64,000 nt of DNA from contig NC_058368.1 of the NCBI RefSeq assembly GCF_018350175.1, positions 232,378,001 through 232,442,000 on the forward strand, read 5' to 3'. Shown here one piece after another: positions 39,151-51,978 of the stretch; the stretch's first letter is position 1, and every line of letters starts with the position of its first letter. The notes below the pieces were generated by a model. It saw only the letters and a program-made list of their open reading frames with translations, did no database searches and was not told where the DNA came from. Position numbers and translations under genes: made by a program. This stretch comes from Felis catus. Its lineage: Eukaryota.

Positions 39151-40424
39151 AGGAATGTGTATATTATTGGAGATATATCCACATTTTATAAATAGGGAGC
39201 TCTTTAACCTGCTTTTCATCTCTTAACACTCTGTGAAAATGTTTCACGCAATAAGTTGTTAGGTATTCTTCCCCATCATGTCAAGGGGCCTCATTCATGT
39301 CACATTCATGCCAAGAATGTGAAATCCTTGCTTGTGGGAAGTGAGGTGGTTTCCCAGTGTCATTAGTACAAACAAGGCTGAGATTAATAGCTGTGAAAGT
39401 ATGTCTTAAGACATTTCCTATGAGTGGAGTTATGGGTTCGAACCCAGTCACTTATTTGAGGCTTTTGATTGCATTTTTAAATTGCTTTTTAGAAAGGTTA
39501 TGCCAATTTGTGTTTCCACCCTTTCTCCAAGTGAGGAGAAAGTGAAGCCCAGCTGTATGAATGCTGCTAACCATCTCAACTGAGATCACAGGAACCACTC
39601 TTGGAACGGTGACATGGTTGTGTGAAATAAGGGTATAGTCAGTCGCCTTTGCATTAATAAATCCCTTCTGTGTTAATGATTGAGTAGCAGTCCTTCCAGG
39701 TGTCCCCAGTTATTTCTGGAAGTTCTTCGGGGATGCCCTATGTGCCCTTCTCTCTGAGAAGGTTTCCACTGACTAGAACACTGACTGCACGGCGCCCCAA
39801 GGACTCTCCTCCTGCTTCAGTTCATAAGAAAACACACAGAAGTTCTCAAAGCTGCTGGATATCTAGGTAGGTTGTTGCTGGGCAGAGGTGAGAGTGAGAG
39901 GGGGCCTCCCACAAAACTTAAAGGTAACCTTGAAAGACAGTGGTAGAAGAAAATTCTCCACGTGGGACTGTAATACTGAAGCTTTGATTTCCAAGTGTTA
40001 TGAGTTACAATACTGTGCAGCTCCCTTTGTAAACCAGGCTTGAGTCTTCACTTTATCCATCCACTGGTTGTAAGAAATTCTCCAGGAAGCTGTAATAATG
40101 AATTGAAGGAAAAGAAGCAAGTCAACAGAGTTAATAATGGAGGATTCTGAGCCACCTGCTTACGGGACAAAACTATTGTAAAGATTTCTTACAGAAAATC
40201 ATAGCGATTCATTTAAGAAAATGATGCAGATTAGTCTGCAGTCTTAAAAAGGAACAAATGAAGAATCTTCAGGTCAATTAAAAATCAAGTTAAAATAGTG
40301 TATACAAAACCAGTTCTTTTCTTTGAAAACTAATTACCCAAAAAACTCAATTATTAAGATGAAAAATATCATACTTATTAATAGAAGAAAAGAAATGCAC
40401 ACCTTTTCAATTATATAATACTGG

Positions 40425-41161
40425 TTATTATACAAAAACAGACACATCAATCAATGGAACAGAATAGAAAACCCAGAGATGGACCTGCAACTATATGGGT
40501 CAATTAATCTTCAGCAAAGCAAGAAAGAGTATCCAATGGGAAAAAGGCAGTCTCTCCAACAAATGGTGTTGGGAAAACTGGACGGTGATATGCAGAAGAA
40601 TGAAACTGGACCACTTTCTTACATCATACACAAAAATAAATTCAAAATGGATGAAAGATCTAAATATGAGACAGGAAACCATCAAAATCCTAGAGGAGAA
40701 CATAGGCATCAATCTCTTTGACATTGGCCATAGCAATTTCTAATACACATGACTCCAAAGGCAAGAGAAACAAAAGAAAAAATGAACTATTGGGACTTGT
40801 CAATATAAAAAACTTCTGCACAGTGAAGGGAACAATTAACAAAGCTAAAAGGCAGCCTATAGAATGGAAGAAAACATTTGCAAATGACATCTCTGATAGA
40901 GGATTAGTATCCAAAATTTATAAAGCTCTTATGAAACTTAACACTCAAAAACCAGATAATCCAGTGAAGAAATGGGCAGAAAGCATGAATAGACATTTTT
41001 CCAAAGAAGACATCCAGATGGCTAATAGACACATGAAAAGATGGTTAACGTCACTCATCATCAGGGAAATACAAATCAAAACCACAATGAGCTACCACCT
41101 CACACCTGTCAGGATGGCTAAAATTAACAACAAAAGAAACAACAGGTGTTGGCAAAGATGT
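40425..41161 (+). mobile_element. Carnivore LINE-1 ORF2 internal fragment
   Basis: Peptides [28 protein letters not shown] and [16 protein letters not shown]...[20 protein letters not shown]; no 3'UTR or poly(A). Confidence 0.96.
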
Positions 41162-42438
41162 CATCCTGGTGGATGAGTGTCCAAGCATAGGATTAGGAAG
41201 AAAATGTGACTTAGTTGAAATAGTAGTGGAAAACAACACTATGCAGGGAGACAGAATGTACAGTTGCTCAGGATGAAGAATTTTTCTCTGTACTTCTTTT
41301 CAGAGCACTACATTTTTGTTGAAGAAACAAGGTGATATGATCAAGCTCTATCCTTCATAACATAGGCTACTGAGAGGCTGAATGCTTGGTATCTATAGCT
41401 CAAGACTTGAATTCTTGGCAAAATTCTAGTTTTATGTGTTCTGATGGTTTCCAGGCAAGGAACGTTCACATCCTACTTGGATAAGATTTCAAGGTCTTGT
41501 GACTCACCCTGGTTTTCTTTCTCTCCTGGTTGGTGTACAAACTACATCTAAATTCTCCTGGGGTTGAGTCTCTGCTTTTGTAGATTGCCTGGGATGTACC
41601 CAGCTATTGGCTGTTCCTTATATACATTCCTCCGTCAGTCTTAGCAAGAATATTCAGATGGTTTTCTCATGAACCTGATTTAACTGACTATCATTGCTTT
41701 TGTTCTTTTTATTACTGTTTTCTCTTCACTGGATTTCATTGTACTTGTCATAGGTTTCTCCATCTTGATGAAGTGGATAGCTAAGGACTTAAAGTACACA
41801 AAATTATATTTAACACTGCCATTACCAGTGCCATTATGTATCTATAGATTAAGTTACTGCTTATTTCAAGTGATTCACTTGACTTGAATTTTCAATTTCA
41901 AATGCTGTGTGTGTGCTTTTGATACGTCAGTCATCTTGTTTCAGGGTAGAAAGTACTTTAATGTCCTAAAATCTCATTCAGAAACCATTAGCTCAGAGTT
42001 CACAGTAGTCAGGCATCTTGTGCAGATTGTTACCTTACAGCCTTTATGAGGAAAAAGGGACCCTAAAAATATAATGCAAATAAAGAACACTTTCTTCAAG
42101 TTAATAATGACATCATACAAATTTTCTTGGCTTTGCTTTAGAAGCATCTTAAATTCCAATACGAAAATTTAACACAAAATAGAAGTAAGTGCCAAATGTA
42201 TACAAAGAATTTATAATATTCTTTTCACTATTATAAGCACTGATAATACAATGGTAAATAATATGGTGTCCTTAATTTTGAAGAGATCATATTCTAGAAG
42301 GTGAAACAGATATGTACATGTGTCATTGCTTACAGTAAGGATGTTAATATTAAGTGCTACAGTTCTACAAAAAATGATAGATAAAAAGGCATCACAGGTG
42401 ATATCTGAGTTGCGGCTTTAAAAATTTCTTGAGATTTA

Positions 42439-42654
42439 GGGGTACCTGGTCGGCTTAGTCAGTTAAGCGTCTGACTTCAGCTCGGGTCATGATCTTGCAG
42501 CTCGTGAGTTCGAGAACCGTGTCGGGCTCTGTGCTGACAGCTCAGAGCCTGGATCCTGATTCAGATTCTGTGTCCCCCTCTCTCTCTGCTCCTCCCATGT
42601 TCATGCTCTGTCTCTCTTTCTCTTTCTCTCAAAAATAAATAAACATTAAAAAAA
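42439..42654 (+). mobile_element. Can-SINE
   Basis: Full-length SINE; its tail lies inside the tandem duplication that follows. Confidence 0.95.
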
Positions 42655-42770
42655 TTTTTTGGAGACTTAAAAGGAACACCAGAGACATCTTTTGGAGGGT
42701 TAAATAAATAAACATTAAAAAAATTTTTTGGAGACTTAAAAGGAACACCAGAGACATCTTTTGGAGGGTT
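42633..42770. repeat. Perfect 69-bp tandem duplication
   Basis: 42633-42701 is identical to 42702-42770. Confidence 0.95.
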
Positions 42771-43846
42771 TTAGACAGCAGGATGTATGAGAATGCTCAT
42801 GGTGTGCTCAGATGAAGGTAAAATACTGTGACGGCCTCTGGGGTAGAACATACAAGGTGAGCAGAGCAGGGAAACATTCAAATACAGGGCTCAAATACTG
42901 GTATTGTTACTTAGTTGGATGCCCCCAAACTACTCTAAGATTCGCCATATTTACCCTGCATTCAATAGAGAGCCAACAGAACACTGTAGACAGAATGGTG
43001 AAGTCCCCAGCTTCAAATCAGAAAGATGTTTCTGGCAGCCATTTGGGAGTTGAAGGGAAACAAAAGTAGTAGTCTAGGAGACAGGTGATCTGGGCAGAGA
43101 CTCATGTGGTGAAGAATGGAGGCAGAGGCGGAAGGACAAGAGAGATGTGAGACATAGAGAAATGTGGGGGAGGGGAGGAGGAAGAAGGTCGAAGGCTTAA
43201 GTGTTAGGGCTTGAAGAGCTGAGTGGAAGGTGGAGGACATTGGCAGGTAGACAAAGTGGGTTTCGTTTGAGATCTGATGAGTTTCGGCACCTGGGCAAAT
43301 GCAGGTGGTGGCTGGAGCCCAGCGGAGGGCTGCAGTACCCATTTTCCTATGACCCAGGTGGTGTTTGACCCACAGACATGACACCTAGAGAGTCAGGGAC
43401 AGGGCATGAGAGAGAGTCTTTGTTGGGGGCCAGCCACCGAAGCGAAGCCTCAGCAAGCGTCCCGAGCCGATGCAGAGAAGGCTCAGTCGTTGTGAATTAA
43501 AGTCTTCCATGACATGGATGAAAGAGATGATGTATGGTGAGGACTACAGGCAGTGTAAAAAAATGTTTATGTTAGGAAATCAAAGGAAATGTTTGGGCAT
43601 GAAAGAGACAGGGAAGCCAGGTTGCTGTGAACTGAATTATTAATGAAGAAAAATGGAACCTCATATTTGGGATGGCGGCTTATATAGCTTGGGTGTGAAC
43701 CCAAAGCAAAGTGAAGCTGGATGGGACTCCAGGATCAGAAATGCTGGGAAAAGGGGACATGCCAAGGAAAAGAGTACGAAGGAAGAGAGAGAGAGGGAGG
43801 GAGGGAAGAAGGGAGGAAGAGAGAGATCCTTTAAAAATAAGAAGCA

Positions 43847-44045
43847 GGGGCACCCGGGTGGCTCAGTCAGTTAAGCACCTAAGTCTTGGTTTCGGCTCAT
43901 GTCATAATCTCACGGTTCGTGGATTCGAGCCCCACGTTGGGTTCCATGCTGTCAGTGCAGAGCCTGCTTGGGATTCTCTCTCTCCCTTTCTCTCTGTCCC
44001 TCCCTTGCCCTCTCTCAAAAGAAATCAACTTAAAGCAATAAAATA
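43847..44045 (+). mobile_element. Can-SINE
   Basis: SINE head GGGGCACCCGGGTGGCTCAG, CT tract, A-rich tail. Confidence 0.94.
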
Positions 44046-44461
44046 GGAAGCAAAAAAAATTAAAAATAAGGTAGGAAGCAGATGATTTGAATACCACTGA
44101 CTTCCTTCTAAGGAAAGGAGATCATGGTAATGGGTAGCTCTGAGTAGATTACCCAGAAGTTCACAACATGATGCTTACTGTGCCCAGCAGAGAACACAGA
44201 ATAAGGAAAACCTCCAGGAAATGCACATCATGAGGCATCCGACAAAGTCCATTAGCCCTGAGGAGTCACAGGATGTGGTAAGGGGTTAGGCATGGGGGAA
44301 GGTGGGTGAAAAGTGTAAACAGACAACCTTGGAGAATAATCATGGATCATAAAAAGCCCTGTATACTCGGGGTTTGTTTTGGAAATTGAGGGCCACTGAG
44401 GGACTCTGAAGTTTGTCTTGATTTGTGTTTCTGATTATAGGAAGAATATTCTGATAGACAG

Positions 44462-44954
44462 TGTGACAGTTAATTTTACGTGTCAAATGACTGGGCTAAG
44501 GGATGTCCAGTCAGCTGGTAGAACCTTCTTCGTGGGTGTGGCTGTGAGGATAATTCAGAAAGAGATTGGCATTTGAATCAGTAGACCCAGTAAAGATGTG
44601 TCCTCACTATTGTGGGTGGATCTCATTTGATCTGTTGGGAGCCCGGATAGAATAAAATGGCTGACGAAGGGACAATTCTCTCTTTCTTGAGCTGGCACGT
44701 CCATTTTCTCTTGCTCTCAGAATCAGGGCTCCTGGACCTTAGAACTTCAGACTTTGGGTCCTGCACCAGGGATCCCTCTTCCTTCCTTCGCTCTCAGCCT
44801 AAATTATACCACCGGCTTTCCTGATTCTCTGGCTATGCGGGTGGCATATCTTAGTCTCCATAATCACAGAACCCAGTTCTCATAATAAATATCCTCTTAT
44901 GTGTCCATATATATCCCATTGGCTCTATTTCTCTGGAGGACCCTGACTGATACA
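44462..44954 (+). mobile_element. MLT2-type (ERVL) solo LTR
   Basis: Starts TGTGACAGTTAATTTTACGTGTCAA, ends TCTCTGGAGGACCCTGACTGATACA (TG...CA termini), internal AATAAA. Confidence 0.9.
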
Positions 44955-45289
44955 GCAAGCAATCAGAGAGCAGAAATACCAAGGAGGTTCAGATGAGAGA
45001 TGTTAAGGACTCACACTAGGCAATGGGGACGAGGGGCAAGAGAAGGAGATGGGCACAAGAGATACTCAGGGGGAAGAATCCACAAAAATGGGGAGTGGCT
45101 AACCCCGGGGGGCTGGTGGCTCCGGGCTGACTTCCAGGTGTGTGGGTGGATTTGATACAGAGTAAACTGAAATAGATTAAGGTGAGGAAGGAGAAACAGG
45201 TTCAATTCTGGACCTGCCAAGCTTGAGGAGCCTTTGAAACCTACAGGGGAGATGTCAGGGGGTGGCGGGTGTGCTCGTTAAGGTGACCC

Positions 45290-45660
45290 TCACTGCTGGA
45301 GCAAATGAAAGCACACAGATATAGCTCAAGCATGAATTAAAAAGCCACTTCTCATTCATGTGAATCCCATGCCTGGTATTCCCGATTGGCAGAAGGCTCT
45401 CCTTCAACAGGTGGTTCAGAAACCTTAGCCTCCTTTTATCTCGTGCTTCTGCCGTCTCGAACGTGCGATTTCCGAGATCCACCTGCTTAGTGATGGGGGG
45501 AAAGGGCCCCAAGGATCAAATGAGAGAGGTTCCTATGGGAAACTATACATTCAGACCTAAGACACACATGCCATTGGTTGACACCCAGTTGTATGGCCAC
45601 ACCTAACTGCAGAGCGGCCTGGGGCACGTAGCAGATAGAGCCAAGAGAGCCGTTAACTTT
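45290..45660 (-). mobile_element. Old MLT1-like LTR fragment
   Basis: CCATTGGTTGACACCCAGTTGTATGGCCACACCTAACTGCAGAG motif. Confidence 0.55.
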
Positions 45661-45714
45661 ATTTGGCACTGTGATTTGTGTGGGGCAGAAGAGGGCTTAG
45701 GCTGTGGGAGGGGG

Positions 45715-45835
45715 GCACGGGCCATGTGCTTTATCTTGATGGGTGCTGGTTGCGGGGGGCCTTCCTGTTGTGAAAATCCATTGATGTGCACCCTTATGAT
45801 TCGCGTAGTTTCTGTACATTACATTTCAATAAAAC
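45715..45835 (+). mobile_element. Ancient L1M 3' terminus
   Basis: TATCTTGATGGGTGCTGG...TGTGAAAATCCATTGA...TTCAATAAAA. Confidence 0.6.
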
Positions 45836-48178
45836 AGCCACTTGAAAGTAAATTCTGTACATATTTTAGAATTTCTGCTCAGACATCCTAATAAAGAAAT
45901 TCGTTAACCACATCTGAACTCAGAAGTCTCCCTGATTAGGAAATATTGGCATCTCCCTCTTTTCTGTCTCTATTCACATCCTATTACATTTTACTTATCT
46001 CCCTTCCCTAAAAGTGGAGAGTATCTTATCCCCCAAACGACTCCCTCTGGCAGATTGTTTTGCGCAATCTGATCTAATGATGACTGGATTTTTTTTTTGA
46101 TGTTCAGCGCGAGCATTTTCTGGTTCTGATCCCTGAAAGGTCTTCAGCTGCATTGCCAGTCTTGTGAAGAATTTCACACAGTACTTGAAGTTCTCTGGTG
46201 GGGACGGCTCTCTGGCCGCCAAACACTCATGCACCTCGTCCATAACGTAGCTATTTTTGCTGGCCCCTTTTTATTCAAATGGGGACACTGACTTCTAGCA
46301 AACTGAAGGTGGGCAGATGTAATTTATGCCTCTTCCAGGTCTGACCCTTAAAAGCTCTCGGACGGGCGATCCACTCCTTCTCTTTCTCCGTCAGCCGGGA
46401 GGTCGCCACTGCAGTGTGACCCGGGGACGCTTGCGCGTGGCAGAGCTTCCAATGGCATGGGCCTCTGAACGACCGCAAGAGGTTGAACGCATCCATCGTA
46501 CTCTACGGGAGCAATGACTTCCCATTATGCTGAGTCACTGACATGTCAGTTTCCTCTGTTCTTCCTCTAAGGATTTTGCTTCTCTTGAAATAGCAGTTTA
46601 TTGCTCACTCCGCACTGTTAACCACGTGTCCTTGTAGGACCACTGGTTCCCACAGCTCAGGATCTCCCTACTCTAGGGTATACCAGCGAGGCGGGCTCTC
46701 CCTGAGTGGGTCATCATAATCCGCAGTCCCATTCGGATCTGCCAAATTCACTAGTTCTATTGTTCATTGGCTTCGTAATACAGGAGAACAGACAAACCTA
46801 TCTGTGTGGAGAGAGCCTCGCAGTGATGTGGATTTTAGTCTTCCTTAATTTGCTGCTGCTTTGAGTATTTCTTTCGAACGCAGCGTCAGTTAAAGGTGAA
46901 AGACTGATTCTCAGAGAGAGAACTGGCATCCAATGATCCATAGTGATCCTGGCGATTAAAAATCTGCCGGCGCATACTACCTGCACGTGGGATGCCTGTG
47001 TTAAGATAGTGGGTAGCTGTCATAAATAAAGACAGACACAGCATGCTCATTGGGCACACTGTGCCTTTCAGCCGAGCTCCAGGCCTGGGGGGGGGGGGCT
47101 TTCATTGATGAGGGATGACTTTATTTCTCTTCTCATTAAATCGGATCCCGCATGACCACCGAGCAGTGTGATGAACCAAAGCCTGCCTGCTCCTTACCCC
47201 AGGTTTAGATCTATTTAAGAGAGAAAAGATTCCTCCAGGAAAAGAAAACATTTCCAAATTTAATTTTGTATTTCCTCTCAACCCACATACCCAGCAAGAT
47301 AAATGCCACCAAACGTTTGCTTTCGCTCTCTTACTGAGGCAGACATGCGTAGGGTGAAGTACACTAATCGTCAAGATGCAACTCAGCAAACTCTATGTAT
47401 TTTCACAGACTTGTGCCCTAAGAACATGCCTATCACCCTGGAGGCTCCTGGGTGCTCCCTCCTGCTCAGTACCTTCCTGAAGGCAACTACTATTTTGACT
47501 TCTATCGCTACAGCTAAGTCCAAACCGGTTTCTAAATAGTCATCGAACATTTGTCTCCCATGTGCATATATCTCTACTCATGGTTTTGGAAGAATATTAC
47601 GGAGTTTGTTCTTACTATTCAGTAACCAAATCCTACTTTCTTCCTTTATGGGTTTTTTGTTTGTTTGTTTGTTTGTTTGTTTTATATGCAGAAAACATGC
47701 CTCTGCAATTTTTAAAGGAAACTCTTTAGAAGTCAGAAAATTTTGGGAAGACCCCAAAGGGGAGGTATGAGAGATTAATAAGGACATTTAGCTGCATGAA
47801 AGCCCACGGGTGTCTGGCGGCCAGGGCCTCTGTGTTTCCACCCCCGACCATACTTGGCGCGGCCTGGAGCCCAGTGAGCACAGGTGAGTCACAGCCATCA
47901 CGTCAATCTGTTACGATTCCCAGTCTATCGTTGGCTGCGTCCTGAATTCTAGAATCCTGATTTTCAACGTTCATAATTTCTGCTGCCTCATCGCTAACAT
48001 GCAGCTTCATGTAGGTTCGCCCGCCTCGTTCCTGATCCCTCACCAGTGCCTTTTAGGTCTATCATAAGTCTTGAAACAAAGTTGTGCAAGTTGTCCAGTT
48101 TGGTAGTCCTTTTTGAAAAATTGTTTGGGCTATTGTAATTTATATGCATTTCCACATACATTTAGAAATGGTTTATCT

Positions 48179-48631
48179 GGGGCACCTGAGTGGCTCAGTC
48201 ACTTAAGCATCTGAATCTTGGTTTTGGCTCAGGTCATGATCTCACGGTTCATGAGTTCAAGACCGTGTCTCTGTCCCTCTCCCCCCTCAAAAATATGTAG
48301 ATAAACATTTTTAAAAAATAAAGTCAAACAAGGATAAGATTTTTATCTACCTTCTGTGTGAGAACATATGAATTGCCCATTTAATGCTTAGAAAGACTGG
48401 AATATGCTTACAGATCGATAAAATACAGTAGCATACCATTTGAGGCCAAATAAAATGACTGCTTGGAAACAGAATTCTGACTATATACACCTTTACAAAA
48501 TCTTATTCCCAGTTTTAATCATTGGGCTGTGTACTGAAAGCAAGGAAGCCTGCTTGGGATTCTCTCTCCCCTTCTCTCTGCCCCTCCCCCATGCTTTCTC
48601 TATAAAGAAGCAAACAGATGAACTTAAACAA
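48179..48631 (+). mobile_element. Can-SINE split by an internal insert of about 260 bp
   Basis: 5' half 48179-48261, 3' half 48520-48631; TSD AGAAAT(G/A)GTTTATC at 48164-48177 and 48632-48645. Confidence 0.8.
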
Positions 48632-49251
48632 AGAAATAGTTTATCAAATATCCTTAGCAACCTGTCAGAATTTGACTTGGAATTACCTTGACTCCATGGA
48701 TCACTTCATGGCGCATGGATAGTTTGACTATATTGAGCGTTCCAATCCAGTGAGAAAATATTATCTTTTCATTTACATAGTTCTTTAATTTCTCTCACCA
48801 ATGATTTATAGTGATCAGTGTATAGATCTTTAATAGTTTCATTATAGGTGTCCTTGTTTCATGTTTCTCACGTAATTCTGAATGACTTTTCTTTTTTCAA
48901 ACATTTTCTTGTATCTCTCTATAGACAATGTATTTTTGTGTATAATATCATTATTGTGTGTGTTGACTGGATCCTGTGACTGTGCGAACATCACCCATGA
49001 GTTCTGCCGGCTTTTGAGTGAGTCTTTAGGCTGTTCTAGGTGAAGAGTTCATGTCATTTCTGAATAAGGGCAACTTTACTTCTTTTGCATTCTATGTTTT
49101 AAAAAGGTCTTCTCCCTGCATTATTTCAATGGTTGAGGTCTTCAATATAATGTGTAATAAGGCTGGTGAGAGCAGTCCCAATTGACTTATTCCCAAACTT
49201 AGAGAGGAAGTATTTCTTTTTCCACAATTCTGTATTATGTTAGGTATAAGG

Positions 49252-49256
<5 letters not shown>

Positions 49257-49296
<40 letters not shown>
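49257..49296. repeat. (GT)20 microsatellite
   Basis: Perfect GT run. Confidence 0.98.
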
Positions 49297-49303
<7 letters not shown>

Positions 49304-49372
49304 TTGTTTTTTGTAAGTGACCTTAATTAAGGTGAGATAGTTCACCTCTAGTTCCAGTTTTTGGAGGGATTT

Positions 49373-49592
49373 AAAAAAATTTTTTTTTCAAAGTTTATTT
49401 TATTTTTGGGACAGAGAGAGACAGAGCATGAACGGGGGAGGGGCAGAGAGAGAGGGAGACACAGAATCGGAAACAGGCTCCAGGCTCTGAGCCATCAGCC
49501 CAGAGCCTGACGCGGGGCTCGAACTACCGGACCGCGAGATCGTGACCTGGCTGAAGTCGGACACTTAACCGACTGCGCCACCCAGGCGCCCC
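49373..49592 (-). mobile_element. Young SINEC_Fc-type SINE
   Basis: Differs from the 20028-20250 copy at only a handful of positions; TSD TGGAGGGATTT at 49362-49372 and 49593-49603. Confidence 0.98.
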
Positions 49593-50137
49593 TGGAGGGA
49601 TTTTTAAAATTGTAAACATGATCATATAGTTTTCCTTCTATATACCCCTCATACAGAGAATTTAATTAATTGGTTTTTGATTGGTAAATCAACTTCACAT
49701 TCCTGGGGATAACTTCATTTGGCCATGAGGTATTAAGTTTTTTCTGTATTTCTGTATTTGTTTCACCATACAATAATATTTTGTAAAGGGAGTTTGTGTT
49801 CTTAAGAATGGTAGCTTTATTTATATTGATCTATTCTATTTATATTATCTGGTTTGGGTAATAACACCAGTCTTATAAGAGGATTTGTAGATTTTTTTTA
49901 GTTTATTTTTTTAATATTGAGTAAGATTGGTATTATTTTTTGTAAACTGTTTGGAGGGATTCACCAGTAAGGCCATCTGGGACTGCTGTGTCTTTGTAAA
50001 AAGGTTCTTAGTTACAAATTCAATATATTTAATAGATACAGGGCAATTCAAATGTTCTTTTTTTGGGTCAATCTTATTTTTATCTTTTGAGGAACATACC
50101 TACCTATTTAGATGGTCTATCTAAATAAGTAAATCTG

Positions 50138-50365
50138 GGGGCACCTGGGTGGCTCAGTCTGTTAGGCGTCTGACTTTGGATCAGGTCATGATCTCATGAT
50201 TTGTGAGTTCGAGCCCCGCGTCAGGCTCTGTGCTGACAGCTCAGAGCCTGGATCCTGCTTGGGATTCTCTGTCTCCTCTCTCTGCCCCTCCCTGACTTGT
50301 GCTCTGTCTCTCTCTGTCTCTCAAAAATAAATAAATGTAAAAAAAAAAAAAGAAAAAATTAAAAA
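50138..50365 (+). mobile_element. Can-SINE
   Basis: TSD AAATAAGTAAATCTG at 50123-50137 and 50366-50380. Confidence 0.97.
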
Positions 50366-50452
50366 AAATAAGTAAATCTGTTCATAGTATTACCTTGTAT
50401 CTTCCTACTGTCTGCAGGGTCTCTGCGATCTTCTTTTATTTTTCACGGTGAT

Positions 50453-50834
50453 TGCTATCGACTGAATTGTGTATTTCCAAAATTCCTGTTGAAACCATAG
50501 CCCCAATGAGACTATAGTTGGAAATGGGGCCTATATGTACACAATGAAACAAAGTCATAGGTGTGGGACCTGAATCCCATAGAACTGGTGTCCTTATAAG
50601 GAGAGGAGGAGACATCAGAGAGGTCACTGTCTGCACACCCACAGAGGAAAGGTCCCGTGAGCGCCCGGAGAGGAGGTGGCGGCCTGCGGGTCAGGAAGGG
50701 AGGTCTTGCCAGAAACCCAACCTGATGCGACCCTGACCCTCAACTTCTAGCCTCCAGAACTGGGAGGAAATACGTTTCTGTCAGTTAATCCCTCTGCCTG
50801 TGTCGTTTTGTGATGGCGGCCTGGGCAGAAGACA
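50453..50834 (+). mobile_element. MLT1A-type (ERVL-MaLR) solo LTR
   Basis: TGCTATCGACTGAATTGTGT start, ACTGGTGTCCTTATAAG, ACTTCTAGCCTCCAGAACTG, ends AAGACA. Confidence 0.88.
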
Positions 50835-51462
50835 GCACTCAGCCTTGTGTTTGCCCTCTGTCTTCCTTCTCTAGTATAGTGAGAGTTTTATACATTATAT
50901 TCATATATTCTAAGAGCCAGCTTCTGATTTCTTTATTTTTCTCTACTGTCTCTGCCTCATTGTTTGTACTCTTTATTGTGTCCTTCAGCATACTTATTTT
51001 GGCCACACTTGCTTTTTTCTAGCTTCTCAACGTGGAAGCTCTTATTACTGACCGTGAACCTTCTACATGTAATACACTCTGATGTTGTCGGGCTTACGTG
51101 TGTCTTCTTACTACGTGGCGTCCATTCGTGCCGCGTGTCCGTGCTTCCTTCTTCCTTTTTCTCCTGTCTCCTTTGAGAATAAGCGAGTCAGAGGTAATAT
51201 TCTATTTTTGTTCCTCCACTTTTGGACAATTTGCTAAATCTGTTTCATGTATTTACTTTTCATAATAGCTCTAGTGGTTGTGCTGTATATACTTTCATTG
51301 TCACGGGCTAGTTCTTAATTATATTTGACCATCTCAAACGTAGTGTGTGAGCCATGCATTGACCTGCGCTTCCTGCTTCCAGTGAACCTGCCAGTGCTTT
51401 CGGGCGTTTCCCGTCTACATGTTATAACCTTCCAGCTGGCTGTTACAAGGTTTCGTTTAACC

Positions 51463-51978
51463 AAGTGGTTCCAAAAGTGCAGCCTGGGGTCCCCTGCGGT
51501 CCACCGGGTCCTGTTAGGATATCCACCAGATTGAAACTCTTTTCATAGCTATAAATCAGCGCTCGCTGTTTTCACTTTCATATTTTCATAAGGAGAATTT
51601 TCCAGAGGCTGTGTTATGTTGCATTGCAACAGAATGAACGTGAAAGCACTTCTGATACTTTAGCTGCCTTTCGTTAAGTGAGGCATTGAAAAGATTTGCA
51701 AAAATATAAAACAAAGCCACCCTGCTCACTATCTTTTTTTCTTTTTTGGAAGATGCAGTTATTTTTATTAAAAAAGGTACTATTTTTGTTAACATAGCAC
51801 AGGTTTATCGTGAGTACTTTAAAACAAATTAATAAACATTTTCATTAACGTGTATTAACATGCATGTCCGTTGGGCTTTCTATTATGGCAAATTTGATGG
51901 ATATAATCCACATTAACAATTCTTAGTAATTTTTGAGACGGTAAAGGTGTCCTGAGACATAAGTTTTTCAGAATTGTT
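51463..51978 (+). mobile_element. Charlie1b-like hAT DNA transposon
   Basis: AGTGGTTCCAAAAGTG start, TTTTCCAGAGGCT, GATTTGCAAAAATATAAAACAAAGCCAC, GTAAAGGTGTCCTGAGAC near the end; about 515 bp. Confidence 0.8.
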
